The translations under genes and the position numbers were made by a program. DNA of 64,000 bases from Vicinamibacterales bacterium. GTDB taxonomy: Bacteria > Acidobacteriota > Vicinamibacteria > Vicinamibacterales > UBA8438. The DNA lies in contig OZ241896.1 in the NCBI GenBank assembly GCA_965203565.1, positions 876,182 through 940,181 of the forward strand, read 5' to 3'. This document shows, piece after piece, positions 25,269-34,026 of the stretch. Numbering within the stretch: the first letter of the stretch is position 1; each line of letters starts with the position of its first letter. The notes under the pieces are model-generated. The model made no database searches. It worked only from the letters and a program-made list of their open reading frames with translations, and was not told the origin of the DNA.

Positions 25269-26834
25269 ATGGTTTCCTCCGACACGCGCATGCGCGTGAT
25301 GCTGGGCGCGATGGTCTGGTGGGAGCGCTGGGCGTTCAACGCCCTGCACGGCGTGGTCGCCGTGACCGGCGCCGCGTACCTCTACATGAAGCTGGCGCTG
25401 GTCTCCGACGACCCGTTCGCGGTCGTCAACCACCCGTGGCAACCGGCGATGCTCTCGACCCACGTGATCGCGGCCCCTTTCTTCGTCGCCTGCTTCGGCA
25501 TGCTGTTCCGGTCGCACACCCTGCGGAAGCTCCTCTCGCCGAACGCGTCCAACCGCCGGACCGGCTGGACGTCGCTGCTCAGCTTCGCCGCCATGGCGAT
25601 CAGCGGCTACCTCATCCAGATTGCGCCGACCGCCGCGCTGATCGACGCCGCCATCTGGACGCACGTGGCGACCAGCCTGCTGTTCGCAGTCGGGTACGGC
25701 GCCCACCTCGTCGTCGGCTGGCGCATCAGGAGTCCGGAGCCGGCCGCGCCCCGCCGTCCCGCGTCCCGGCCGGCGGCGCCCGCCGCGCTCGGCGCGCTGC
25801 TGGCGCTGGCCGGTCCGGTCACCGGGTCGGCGGACGCGCAGCCGGCCTCTCCGGTCCGCGTCGAGCGCACGGTGCTGCTGATGGGCGCGCCGGCGAGGTT
25901 CGTGACCGAAGCGCCCGATCGCGCCGCGGGTCTGGCGAAGCTGGAGCGGATGGTCCGCGTCGTCGAGGCGACGGAAGCCGATCTCAGCACCTGGCGGGAC
26001 GACAGCGCCCTGAGCCGCCTGAACCGGCGGCCGGTCGGGGCGCCGGCCCCGGCGGCGCCCGCGGTATGCGATCTGCTGGACCGGCTGTCGGCGTGGCATG
26101 ACGCCACCGGCGGAGCGTTCGACCCGGCCGTGGGACGGCTGGTGGACGCCTGGGGGCTTCGGGGACGCGGCCGGCGGCCGGACGCCGCGGCGCTGCGGTC
26201 GGCGGCGGCCGGCGCCGGCTTGCGCCACCTCCGGATCGACCGAAACCCGGGATTCGACCGGGCGCCGTGCGCCGTCACGCGCCGCGCGGCGGTGACGCTT
26301 GACGCCGGCGGATTCGGCAAGGGAGAAGCGCTCGACCGCGTGCGGCGGGCCGAGGCGGATCGTCCGGACGCCTGGCTGATCGACTTCGGCGGGCAGGTGG
26401 CGGTGTCGGGCGCGCCGGCCGGCGGCGGGGTGTGGCCGGTCGCCGTCGCCCATCCCGCGCGGCGCGGCGAGCCGGCGCTGGAGCTGCGGCTGGACGCCGG
26501 ATCGCTCGCCACCAGCGGCGGCTCGGAGCGGGACCTGACCCCGGACGGCGGCCCCCGGATCGGCCACGTCCTCGACCCGCGCACCGGGCGGCCGGTCAGC
26601 CGGGCGGCGTCGGTGACCGTCTGGCGCCGGAGCGCCTTCGAAGCCGACGTGCTCTCGACCGCGCTCTACGTGATGGGGCCGGAACGCGGACTGGCCTGGG
26701 CCCGCGCCCGCGGCGTCGCCGCCTGCTTCCTCATCCCCGACGCCGCGGCGGGCGGCGTCTCGCTGCGCGCGACGCCCGCCTTCGACGCGCGGTTCGCACT
26801 GCTCCGCGGCGCCGAATCCGCGCCCGCGTCCTGA
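25269..26834 (+). CDS. apbE: Fusion: N-terminal 4-TM His-rich membrane domain (DUF4405/cytochrome-b-like) + C-terminal ApbE FAD:protein FMN transferase
   Basis: ATG 25269 lies directly after the upstream stop. The N-terminal TM helices carry conserved His residues (NALHGVV, STHVIAAPFF, WTHVATSLLF, GAHLVVGW). The C-terminal part has ..DPAVGRLVDAWG.., LDAGGFGKGEALD, and SGGSERD (ApbE). Confidence 0.7.
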   Translation: MVSSDTRMRVMLGAMVWWERWAFNALHGVVAVTGAAYLYMKLALVSDDPFAVVNHPWQPAMLSTHVIAAPFFVACFGMLFRSHTLRKLLSPNASNRRTGWTSLLSFAAMAISGYLIQIAPTAALIDAAIWTHVATSLLFAVGYGAHLVVGWRIRSPEPAAPRRPASRPAAPAALGALLALAGPVTGSADAQPASPVRVERTVLLMGAPARFVTEAPDRAAGLAKLERMVRVVEATEADLSTWRDDSALSRLNRRPVGAPAPAAPAVCDLLDRLSAWHDATGGAFDPAVGRLVDAWGLRGRGRRPDAAALRSAAAGAGLRHLRIDRNPGFDRAPCAVTRRAAVTLDAGGFGKGEALDRVRRAEADRPDAWLIDFGGQVAVSGAPAGGGVWPVAVAHPARRGEPALELRLDAGSLATSGGSERDLTPDGGPRIGHVLDPRTGRPVSRAASVTVWRRSAFEADVLSTALYVMGPERGLAWARARGVAACFLIPDAAAGGVSLRATPAFDARFALLRGAESAPAS

Positions 26835-26893
26835 CGCGCGGCGCCGCAACGTGCCCGCCCTGCGACGCAACCCCCGAGTGCGGCGACCGGCCG

Positions 26894-27775
26894 CTACTGC
26901 TCGTTCTTCCGCTCGCCGCCGCGCGGAGTTTCGCCGCGGGCCGCCGCTTGCCGGCCCAGCTCGACGCTGCGCCGAAAGGCGGCCAGCACCGCCTTCGAGA
27001 TGACGGTGCGGAACGCGCCTTTCTCCAGCTGGTACAGCGCGTCGGCGCTCGTCCCGCCCGGCGAGGTCACCCTGTTGCGCATCTCCGCCGGGTGCGCCGT
27101 CGAGCGCTCGGCGAAGCAGGCGGCGCCGCGGATCGTCTGCACCACCAGCTCGCGCGCCTCGGCCCGCGAGAAACCGAGGTGGACGGCCGCGTCGATCAGC
27201 GCCTCCATCAGCAGAAAGACGTAGGCCGGGCCGGTCCCGCTGACGGCGGTCGCCATGTCGAGGAAACGTTCGGCGTCGACGTGCAGCTGGCGTCCGAGCG
27301 CCTCGACGATCGTCCGGGCCTGCTCGCGCTGCGCCGGCGAGACTTCCGGCGTGGCGGTCCACACCGTCATCCCCTCGCCGACCTGCGCCGGCGTGTTCGG
27401 CATCGTCCGCACGATTGCGCGATGCCCGAGCCCGGCCGCAAGCGACTCTATCGCGGCGCCGGCCACGATCGACAGCACCAGCGCGTCCGGCCGGATCCCT
27501 CCGCCGACTTCGGCGAACACCGCCGGCAGCACCTGCGGCTTGACGGCCAGCACCACCACCGCCCCTTCCCGCGCCGCCGCCCGGTTGTCAGAGGTGGTGC
27601 GGATGCGAAACCGGTCCCGCAGCTCCGCCAGCCGTTCCTGATGCCTGTCGCTCGCCGTGATCCGCTCCGGATCGATCCGGCGCCGCGACAGCAGGCCGCC
27701 GATCATCGCTTCGCCCATCGCCCCGGCGCCGATGAACGCGATCCGGACGTCCTCGAGTGCCTGCCTGTCGTTCAC
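26894..27775 (-). CDS. proC: Pyrroline-5-carboxylate reductase
   Basis: IAFIGAGAMGEAMIGGL, VLAVKPQ, RTMPNTPA, SPGGTS. GTG 27775 is preceded by GGAGAGG; the track start 27799 is also possible. Confidence 0.88.
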   Translation of the reverse strand: MNDRQALEDVRIAFIGAGAMGEAMIGGLLSRRRIDPERITASDRHQERLAELRDRFRIRTTSDNRAAAREGAVVVLAVKPQVLPAVFAEVGGGIRPDALVLSIVAGAAIESLAAGLGHRAIVRTMPNTPAQVGEGMTVWTATPEVSPAQREQARTIVEALGRQLHVDAERFLDMATAVSGTGPAYVFLLMEALIDAAVHLGFSRAEARELVVQTIRGAACFAERSTAHPAEMRNRVTSPGGTSADALYQLEKGAFRTVISKAVLAAFRRSVELGRQAAARGETPRGGERKNEQ

Positions 27776-27828
27776 GATCGCCTCTCCGGAGGCCCGCAAC
27801 GCCGTCGGGCCGCGAGTATTCTAGTGCG

Positions 27829-28920
27829 GTGGATCCGCTCGCGCATACGCTGGTGGGCGCCAGCTTGGCCCGGACGCGGCTTGGACGTCGGTCGGCCTGC
27901 GCGACGCCGACGGCGATCCTCGGGGCGAACGCGCCTGACGTCGACGCGGTCACGATGCTGATCGACCGCGATCTGTCGCTCGGCTTCCGGCGCGGATGGA
28001 CGCACGGCGTGCTGGCGGCGGCCGTTCTGCCGCTGCTGCTGGCGGGGCTGGTCTGGGTCGCGGATCGGGTGATCGCCCGGGCGCGGGGACAGCCGCCGCG
28101 CGCCCGGGCCGGCCCGCTGCTCGCCCTGTCGTTCGCCGCGGTGGCGACCCATCCGGCGCTCGACTGGCTCAACACGTACGGCGTCCGCCTGCTGATGCCG
28201 TTCGACGGCCGGTGGTTCTACGGCGACGCCCTGTTCATCATCGACCCGTGGGTCTGGCTGCTGGCCGGGACGGCGGTGGTGGCGGCGCATTCGCGGTCGG
28301 CCGCCAGCGTCTCGGCCTGGATGGTGCTGGGAGCGGTCCTGACCGGTCTCGTCACGGTGGTCGGCGACGCGCAGCTTGCGGCGATACTGGTCTGGCTGGC
28401 CGGCGTCGCGGCGATTGCGGGGGTGGGCGCGCGCGGCGTCGCGTCCCGGTGGAACGGCCGGCTGGCCGCCGTCTGCCTGGCGTGCGCCGCCGCCTACATG
28501 GCGGCGATGGTGGCCGGCTCCCGGATAGCGGAGCGTCAGGTCGCCGGCTGGCTGGCCGCGCGCGACGCCGCGTTCGTCGACGTCATGGCCGGCCCGCTTC
28601 CCGCCCGGCCGCTCGCCCGCGACGTGGTCGTGGCCGACGGCGGCCACTACCATTTCCTCGAGGTCGACTGGCTCCGCGCCGACTCGATACGGGTGAGCGA
28701 CGCCGCGATCGACCGCGGCCCCCGCGGCCCGATCGTCGACGCGGCCCTGGCGCACGCGCCGGGAACCCGGCGCTGGCTGCGCTTCCCGGCGTTCACGGTG
28801 GAGCCGATCGCCGGCGGACACCGCGTCACCATCCGGGACGTCCGCTACTCGCGCCGCCCGGGGGTGGATTTCCCCAACGTCGTCGTCGAGCTCGACCACG
28901 ACCTGCGCCGCATTCCGTAG
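27829..28920 (+). CDS. Membrane-bound metal-dependent hydrolase, YdjM/DUF457-like
   Basis: GTG 27829: VDPLAHTLVGASLA...GWTHGVLAA. It has several TM segments. The family call is tentative. Confidence 0.5.
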   Translation: MDPLAHTLVGASLARTRLGRRSACATPTAILGANAPDVDAVTMLIDRDLSLGFRRGWTHGVLAAAVLPLLLAGLVWVADRVIARARGQPPRARAGPLLALSFAAVATHPALDWLNTYGVRLLMPFDGRWFYGDALFIIDPWVWLLAGTAVVAAHSRSAASVSAWMVLGAVLTGLVTVVGDAQLAAILVWLAGVAAIAGVGARGVASRWNGRLAAVCLACAAAYMAAMVAGSRIAERQVAGWLAARDAAFVDVMAGPLPARPLARDVVVADGGHYHFLEVDWLRADSIRVSDAAIDRGPRGPIVDAALAHAPGTRRWLRFPAFTVEPIAGGHRVTIRDVRYSRRPGVDFPNVVVELDHDLRRIP

Positions 28921-29017
28921 CGCGCCGCGGCGAAGCCCACGCCGAGAGTCCTTGCCGCGGGCCGGCAGGTTTCCGCGTGGGCCGTCGCCGTCCGACTTTG
29001 CCGCCGCCGCCGCCGCG

Positions 29018-29518
29018 TCAGTCGTCGCCGGTCAGCTCCCGCGGCCGCCACAGGCCGACGAGCGCGCCGCGGGTGGACGCGCTCAGCTCGGACCACGCGT
29101 CGATCGGGAGCCGGACCTGCGCCAGCGCGGCGGTCGGCAGGATCTCGGCGGCGCCGGTGAGCCGCGCGACGAGCTCCTCCAGACCGGGGTTGTGCCCGAC
29201 GACGAGCAGCCGCGCAGCCCCGCCGCCGAGACCGCCCGCGACCGCGGCGACCGTCTCCGGCCGGGCCAGGTACAGCCGGCGGTCGAGCCGCACGGCGCCG
29301 CCGTAACCGGAACGGTCCGCCGCCCGGTCGGCCGTGGTCCGCGCCCGGACCGCCGTCGAGCTGACGATCAGGTCGGGCGTCAGGCCGCGCCGGCGCAGGA
29401 GCGTTCCCATCCGGGGCGCGTCGCGCGCGCCGCGCGGGCTCAGCGGCCGGTCGTGGTCGTCCAGGGCGGGCTGCTTCCAGCTCGACTTCGCGTGGCGCAG
29501 AATCAGGAGCGTCTTCAT
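29018..29518 (-). CDS. sixA: Histidine phosphatase (SixA-type)
   Basis: MKTLLILRHAKS...LSPRG...VVGHNPG. Confidence 0.75.
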   Translation of the reverse strand: MKTLLILRHAKSSWKQPALDDHDRPLSPRGARDAPRMGTLLRRRGLTPDLIVSSTAVRARTTADRAADRSGYGGAVRLDRRLYLARPETVAAVAGGLGGGAARLLVVGHNPGLEELVARLTGAAEILPTAALAQVRLPIDAWSELSASTRGALVGLWRPRELTGDD

Positions 29519-29547
29519 GCGCGCCTCACTCGGAATAGAATGAACCC

Positions 29548-29790
29548 GTGCTGCTCGTCCAACTGCTCGACCTGTACTCGCTCGTCGTCCTCGGCGCCGT
29601 CCTGATCTCCTGGTTCCAGCTTCCGCCGTCGAACCCGGTGGCGACGTTCCTGCACACGCTGACCGAGCCGCTGCTCGGGCCGATCCGCCGGCTGCTGCCC
29701 GACCTGGGCGGGCTCGACTTCTCGCCGCTCGTGCTGCTGTTCGGCCTCCGCATGCTGCGCGGCCTGCTGCTCGCGAGCGCCGTCGGCTAG
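29548..29790 (+). CDS. yggT: YggT family membrane protein
   Basis: 80 aa, with ..LISWF...NP...L..LTEPLLGPIRRLLP..GGLDFSPLVLL. Confidence 0.75.
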   Translation: MLLVQLLDLYSLVVLGAVLISWFQLPPSNPVATFLHTLTEPLLGPIRRLLPDLGGLDFSPLVLLFGLRMLRGLLLASAVG

Positions 29791-29820
29791 TCGCGTGAAC
29801 CGCATTATCCTGCGAATGCG

Positions 29821-31866
29821 GTGAAGCCGCCCATGCCGCTCCCCGCGCCGGCCGCGGCGGCGCTGCTCGCCGCGCTGACGGCTCTTCCCCCGAGCGCCTT
29901 CGCCGCCCAGCCGCCTCCGGCCGGACCCGACGCGCCCGGCCGGGCGCGGTCGCTCCGCAACGCCAACTACTCGATCGACGTGCGGCTCGACGCCGGGGAG
30001 CGGCGGCTCGTCGGCCGGGAGGTGCTGACGTGGCGTAACGTCTCGTCCATCGAGACGTCGGAGCTCCGCTTCCATCTCTACTACAACGCCTGGAGGAACA
30101 CGGAATCGACCTGGATGCGGGAGCGCCGGCGCGGGCGCGGCGGCGACCTGCACGAACGCCCCGAGGAAGACTGGGGGTGGATTGACGTCACCGCCCTCCG
30201 CCTGCTCGGCGCCGGCGGCGCCCCGCCGATCGACCTGACTTCCCGCCTGTTCCACGACGCCCCGGACGACGGGAACCCCCACGACGAGACGGTGCTGGTG
30301 GCGCCGCTGCCGCAGCCGGTCGTCCCGGACGAGACCATCCGCGTCGAGATCGAATGGACCTCGCGAATCCCCCGCGCGTTCGCCCGCACCGGCGCAACCG
30401 GCGACTACTTCTTCATCGCGCAGTGGTTCCCGAAGATCGGAGTGCTGGACGACGCCGGGTGGCATTGCCGCCAGTTCCACGCCGCCACCGAGTTCTTCGC
30501 CGACTACGGCGTGTACGACGTGCGGATCACCGTCCCGGCCGGCTGGGTCGTCGGCGCCACGGGGGTGGAGCGCAGCGTGATCGACGACGGCGGCGGCGCC
30601 GCGACGCACCGTTACCGCCAGGCGGACGTCCACGACTTCGCCTGGACCGCCAGCCCCGACTTCCTCGAGCGGCGCGCGCGGTTCGAGCATCCTACGCTGT
30701 CCGACGTGGAGATCCGGCTGCTCCTCCAGCCCGAGCACGCCGGTCAGGCGGACCGCCTTTTCGAAGCGACGCGGCAGGCGCTGCGCCACTTCGGGGAGTG
30801 GTTCGGGGCGTACCCGTACGAGCAGCTCACGGTGGTCGACCCCGCCTGGCGGAGCCGCACCGGCGGGATGGAGTACCCCACGCTGTTCACCTCCGTCACG
30901 CGCTGGCTCGCCCCGGCCGACGTGGCGCTGCCGGAGGACGTCACCGTCCACGAAGCCGGACACCAGCTCTGGTACGGCGTGGTCGGCAGCAACGAGTTCG
31001 AGCACGCCTGGATCGACGAAGGGATCACCACGTTCGCCACGGCGCGCGCCCTCGACGCCTTCTTCACGGAGCACTACCGGTCGACGCGGCTGTTCGGCCG
31101 GTTCGTGCCGTGGGTCTTCCGGGACCTCCCGTGGTCGCGCGCGTTCGACGGGAACCGGATGGCGGGGTACCGCCGCGCCGCGCGGATGGACGCGCCGGCG
31201 CTGCCGACCTGGCGGCAGTGGCCCGGCACGGCCCGGCACATCACGTACGCCAAGACGGCGCTCTGGCTGCACACGCTGGAGCGGCATCTCGGCTGGCCGG
31301 CGCTGCGGCAGGGGCTGGCCGCGTTCCACGACCGCTGGCGGTACGGCCACCCGGCGCCGGACGACCTGTTCCGGAGCATCAGCGACGCGGCCGGACGCGA
31401 CCTCCGCTGGTTCTTCGACCAGGTCCACGGCACGGCCAACGTCTTCGACTACGGCGTGCAGGCGCTGACGAGCCGCCGGGCCGACTCCCGCGGGATGTTC
31501 GACGAGGACGGCGGACGCCTCCGTTTCGCGCAGCGCTCCGGCGGGAGCCGGTACGAGACGACCGTCGTCGTCCGCCGGTACGGCGAGGGGATCTTCCCGG
31601 TGGAGGTGCTGACCGAGTTCGACGACGGCCACGCGGAGCGGCATCGGTGGGACGGCGCAGCCCGGTGGAAGGCGTTCACCTACACCCGCGAGGCCAGGGC
31701 GACGCGCGCGTTCGTCGACCCGGACCGCACCCTGCTGCTCGACGTGAACCGGACGAACAACAGCCGCGCGCTGACGCCGCAGGCGGGACGGGCGGCCGGC
31801 CGGTGGAGCTTGAAGTGGCTGGTCTGGCTGCAGGACCTGCTGCTCACCTACGGGTTCTTCACGTGA
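29821..31866 (+). CDS. Secreted M1-family zinc metallopeptidase
   Basis: Signal peptide, plus HEAGHQLWYGVVGSNEFEHAWIDEG (HExxH-x18-E). Confidence 0.85.
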   Translation: MKPPMPLPAPAAAALLAALTALPPSAFAAQPPPAGPDAPGRARSLRNANYSIDVRLDAGERRLVGREVLTWRNVSSIETSELRFHLYYNAWRNTESTWMRERRRGRGGDLHERPEEDWGWIDVTALRLLGAGGAPPIDLTSRLFHDAPDDGNPHDETVLVAPLPQPVVPDETIRVEIEWTSRIPRAFARTGATGDYFFIAQWFPKIGVLDDAGWHCRQFHAATEFFADYGVYDVRITVPAGWVVGATGVERSVIDDGGGAATHRYRQADVHDFAWTASPDFLERRARFEHPTLSDVEIRLLLQPEHAGQADRLFEATRQALRHFGEWFGAYPYEQLTVVDPAWRSRTGGMEYPTLFTSVTRWLAPADVALPEDVTVHEAGHQLWYGVVGSNEFEHAWIDEGITTFATARALDAFFTEHYRSTRLFGRFVPWVFRDLPWSRAFDGNRMAGYRRAARMDAPALPTWRQWPGTARHITYAKTALWLHTLERHLGWPALRQGLAAFHDRWRYGHPAPDDLFRSISDAAGRDLRWFFDQVHGTANVFDYGVQALTSRRADSRGMFDEDGGRLRFAQRSGGSRYETTVVVRRYGEGIFPVEVLTEFDDGHAERHRWDGAARWKAFTYTREARATRAFVDPDRTLLLDVNRTNNSRALTPQAGRAAGRWSLKWLVWLQDLLLTYGFFT

Positions 31867-32891
31867 CAGCCGCCCTGCTCGACGGATGCCGGCGGGTCGC
31901 CGCCGCCCCGGCCGTCGTGGCCGGCGCCTGGCTGACGACGCTGCTGGCCGCGGCGCCGTTCGCCGCCGCGCTGCACGGCGAGATCGCCGAGCACCTCGGC
32001 GCCAGCGTGGCCGGGGAGCGGATGGCCGCCGGCGTCGACCGGGTCTGGTGGGACGAGTTCGGCGCGGACGCCGGCGGACTCGGGAAGACGTTCACCCCGA
32101 CGGTCATCGGGTTCGCCGCGCCGCTGAGCAACCTGAGCGCCTTCGTCGACGGCGAAGGTCCGCCGCTCGCGCTCGTGACCGCCGTCGTCGGCTACCTCGC
32201 CGTCTGGACCTTCCTCGCCGGCGGGCTGCTCGACCGGCTCGCGCGCGCGCGCCGCGTCGCCGGTCCGGCGTTCTTCGCGGCGTGCGGCGCGCACTTCTTC
32301 CGGTTCTGCCGCCTCGCCGTCTTCGCCGGCCTGATCTACTGGGCGCTGTTCGATCTGCTGCACGACTGGCTGTTCGACGATCTGTACGCCGCCGCGGTCC
32401 GCGACGTCACCGTCGAGCGCACAGGGTTCCTCTGGCGGCTGGGGGCGTACGCCCTGTTCGGCGCCGTCCTGCTCCCCGTCAACCTGGTGTTCGACTACGC
32501 GAGGATACGCACCGTGGTGGAGGACCGCCGCAGCGCGATAGGCGCGCTCCTCGCGGCGTGGCGCTTCGTGCGCCGCCGGCCGGGCGCGACGGCCGGGCTG
32601 TACGGCCTGAACGCGGGGCTGTTCCTGCTCGTCCTGCTCGTCTACGCCGCCGTCGCGCCGAGCGCCGGCGCGCCGACCTGGGCGGCCCTGCTCGCCGGCC
32701 AGGCGTACGTGGCGGCGCGCGCCGGGGCCAAGCTGATCTTCTACGCGTCGCAGACCGCCTACTTCCAGAGCCAGCTCGCCCACGCCGGCTACGTGGCGGC
32801 GCCGCTCCCCGCCCGGCCGGAGTCGCCGGCGGCGGAGGCGATCACCGGGTCGGGGGGTGGAGGGGCTTCGGTCGGGGGCCGTTTCATCTGA
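31863..32891 (+). CDS. Polytopic membrane protein, unknown function
   Basis: GTG 31863 overlaps the peptidase stop (GTGA). This is the tail of track ORF 30354..32891, with several hydrophobic spans. Confidence 0.5.
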   Translation: MTAALLDGCRRVAAAPAVVAGAWLTTLLAAAPFAAALHGEIAEHLGASVAGERMAAGVDRVWWDEFGADAGGLGKTFTPTVIGFAAPLSNLSAFVDGEGPPLALVTAVVGYLAVWTFLAGGLLDRLARARRVAGPAFFAACGAHFFRFCRLAVFAGLIYWALFDLLHDWLFDDLYAAAVRDVTVERTGFLWRLGAYALFGAVLLPVNLVFDYARIRTVVEDRRSAIGALLAAWRFVRRRPGATAGLYGLNAGLFLLVLLVYAAVAPSAGAPTWAALLAGQAYVAARAGAKLIFYASQTAYFQSQLAHAGYVAAPLPARPESPAAEAITGSGGGGASVGGRFI

Positions 32892-32914
32892 GGCGCACAC
32901 CGCTTTCGAAGACG

Positions 32915-33640
32915 TCAACGACCGGACGCGCCATTCGCGACGGCCTCCGAGATGTGAGATCGAAGCCGCGCCTCCATGTTTTCCTTGCCGATCTCCCTCA
33001 TTGAAGCGTCGAAGCGCTCGTCGCCGACCAAAGTGAAAAATCTCGGCCCGAGGCGCCCGGCCGTACTTCGCAAGCCCAACTCCTCGATTCCAGAGGCCAG
33101 GATCGCATTCCTGACGGCCTGAGTGAGCCTGCTGAGAGGTCCGACGTTCTCCGGGGACACCGAGCCGACGAAAACGTAGCGCTTTTCGACCTTCGGACGC
33201 ATGTCGAGCACTTCGTCAACGCAAGCCTTGACGTCGCGCCCCGACCGTCTGCGGAGCTGAACGACCTGTCGAACCTCCTTGCTGCTGAGACCGTCAGCAA
33301 GCACCGCCTCGGCGACGGCGCGTTGATCGCAGGCATCCTCCAGTCTCGCCAGCTCGACGGCCGACGTGAAGCCGACGAAGCTTCTTCCCGAACCCCAATC
33401 GACCCGGCGGCGGATATCATCGGGCAGATCCAGAACGCGCAGAAACCGCCCGATGCACCCGGAGTCAATCTGAACGGCCTTCGCGCACTCCTTCAGCGAA
33501 ATACTTTCCGCGCACGCCTTCCGAAGAAGTGAGCCTACTTCGATCGGTGACAGAGGACGGTTTTTCTTGTGGGTTCCGTAGCCCACGGACATGCGCAGTC
33601 TTCCAAGCTCAAGGGCGCTCAAACCGACTGGCGTTCGCAT
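32915..33640 (-). CDS. ParB-type HTH DNA-binding protein lacking the N-terminal ParB/Srx domain
   Basis: Strong SD (GGGAGGAAG) before ATG 33640. PLSPIEVGSLLRKACAESISLKECAKAVQIDSGCIGRFLRVLDLPDDIRRRV...LSSKEVRQVV aligns by eye with the ParB HTH/LSxRExE segment. No GxxRxxA box lies upstream. Confidence 0.6.
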   Translation of the reverse strand: MRTPVGLSALELGRLRMSVGYGTHKKNRPLSPIEVGSLLRKACAESISLKECAKAVQIDSGCIGRFLRVLDLPDDIRRRVDWGSGRSFVGFTSAVELARLEDACDQRAVAEAVLADGLSSKEVRQVVQLRRRSGRDVKACVDEVLDMRPKVEKRYVFVGSVSPENVGPLSRLTQAVRNAILASGIEELGLRSTAGRLGPRFFTLVGDERFDASMREIGKENMEARLRSHISEAVANGASGR

Positions 33641-33720
33641 CTTCCTCCCTGGCGAACCGCTGGAATGCCGCGCGCGTGTCTTGCGTCACCGGCGCGATGA
33701 TCTGTACCATCTTCACGAAC

Positions 33721-33999
33721 ATGGAGCATGGACGCACCAGCGAACTGTTGCGGCTCACTTTCACGCCGTCGCAATGGGCGGCCATTCAGCGGCAGCTTGA
33801 CGCCGCCCGCTGCAACCGCCATACCGCATGGCTGGCGGACGACATCCAATCCGCGCTGGCGATTGGTCAAGAGTTCCCTCGCCGTTGCTCCGTCGCCGGT
33901 TGCGGCAGCCGGAATCTCATCAAGTTCGCCCGGATGGACGGCGAGAATACAGTCAGGGCGTTTTGCTCCGCATGCGCGCGGGTCGAGTTCGGGCGATAG
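33721..33999 (+). CDS. Small RHH-like + zinc-ribbon protein (hypothetical regulator)
   Basis: MEHGRTSELLRLTFTPSQWAAIQRQLDAA (strand-helix typical of RHH), then CSVAGC...CSAC. No clear SD; the alternative ATG at 33697 is possible. Confidence 0.35.
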   Translation: MEHGRTSELLRLTFTPSQWAAIQRQLDAARCNRHTAWLADDIQSALAIGQEFPRRCSVAGCGSRNLIKFARMDGENTVRAFCSACARVEFGR

Positions 34000-34026
34000 G
34001 TGCAACGACCGCAAGCAGAAACGCCA

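Noticed and set aside
23291-31644. Long minus-strand ORFs 23291..25339, 25197..27362 and 29515..31644, and plus-strand ORFs 26432..27961 and 30354..32891
   Set aside because: They lie antisense or off-frame to well-supported genes (porin, FMN_bind, ApbE, proC, M1 peptidase). They have Arg/Pro-rich composition and no motifs.
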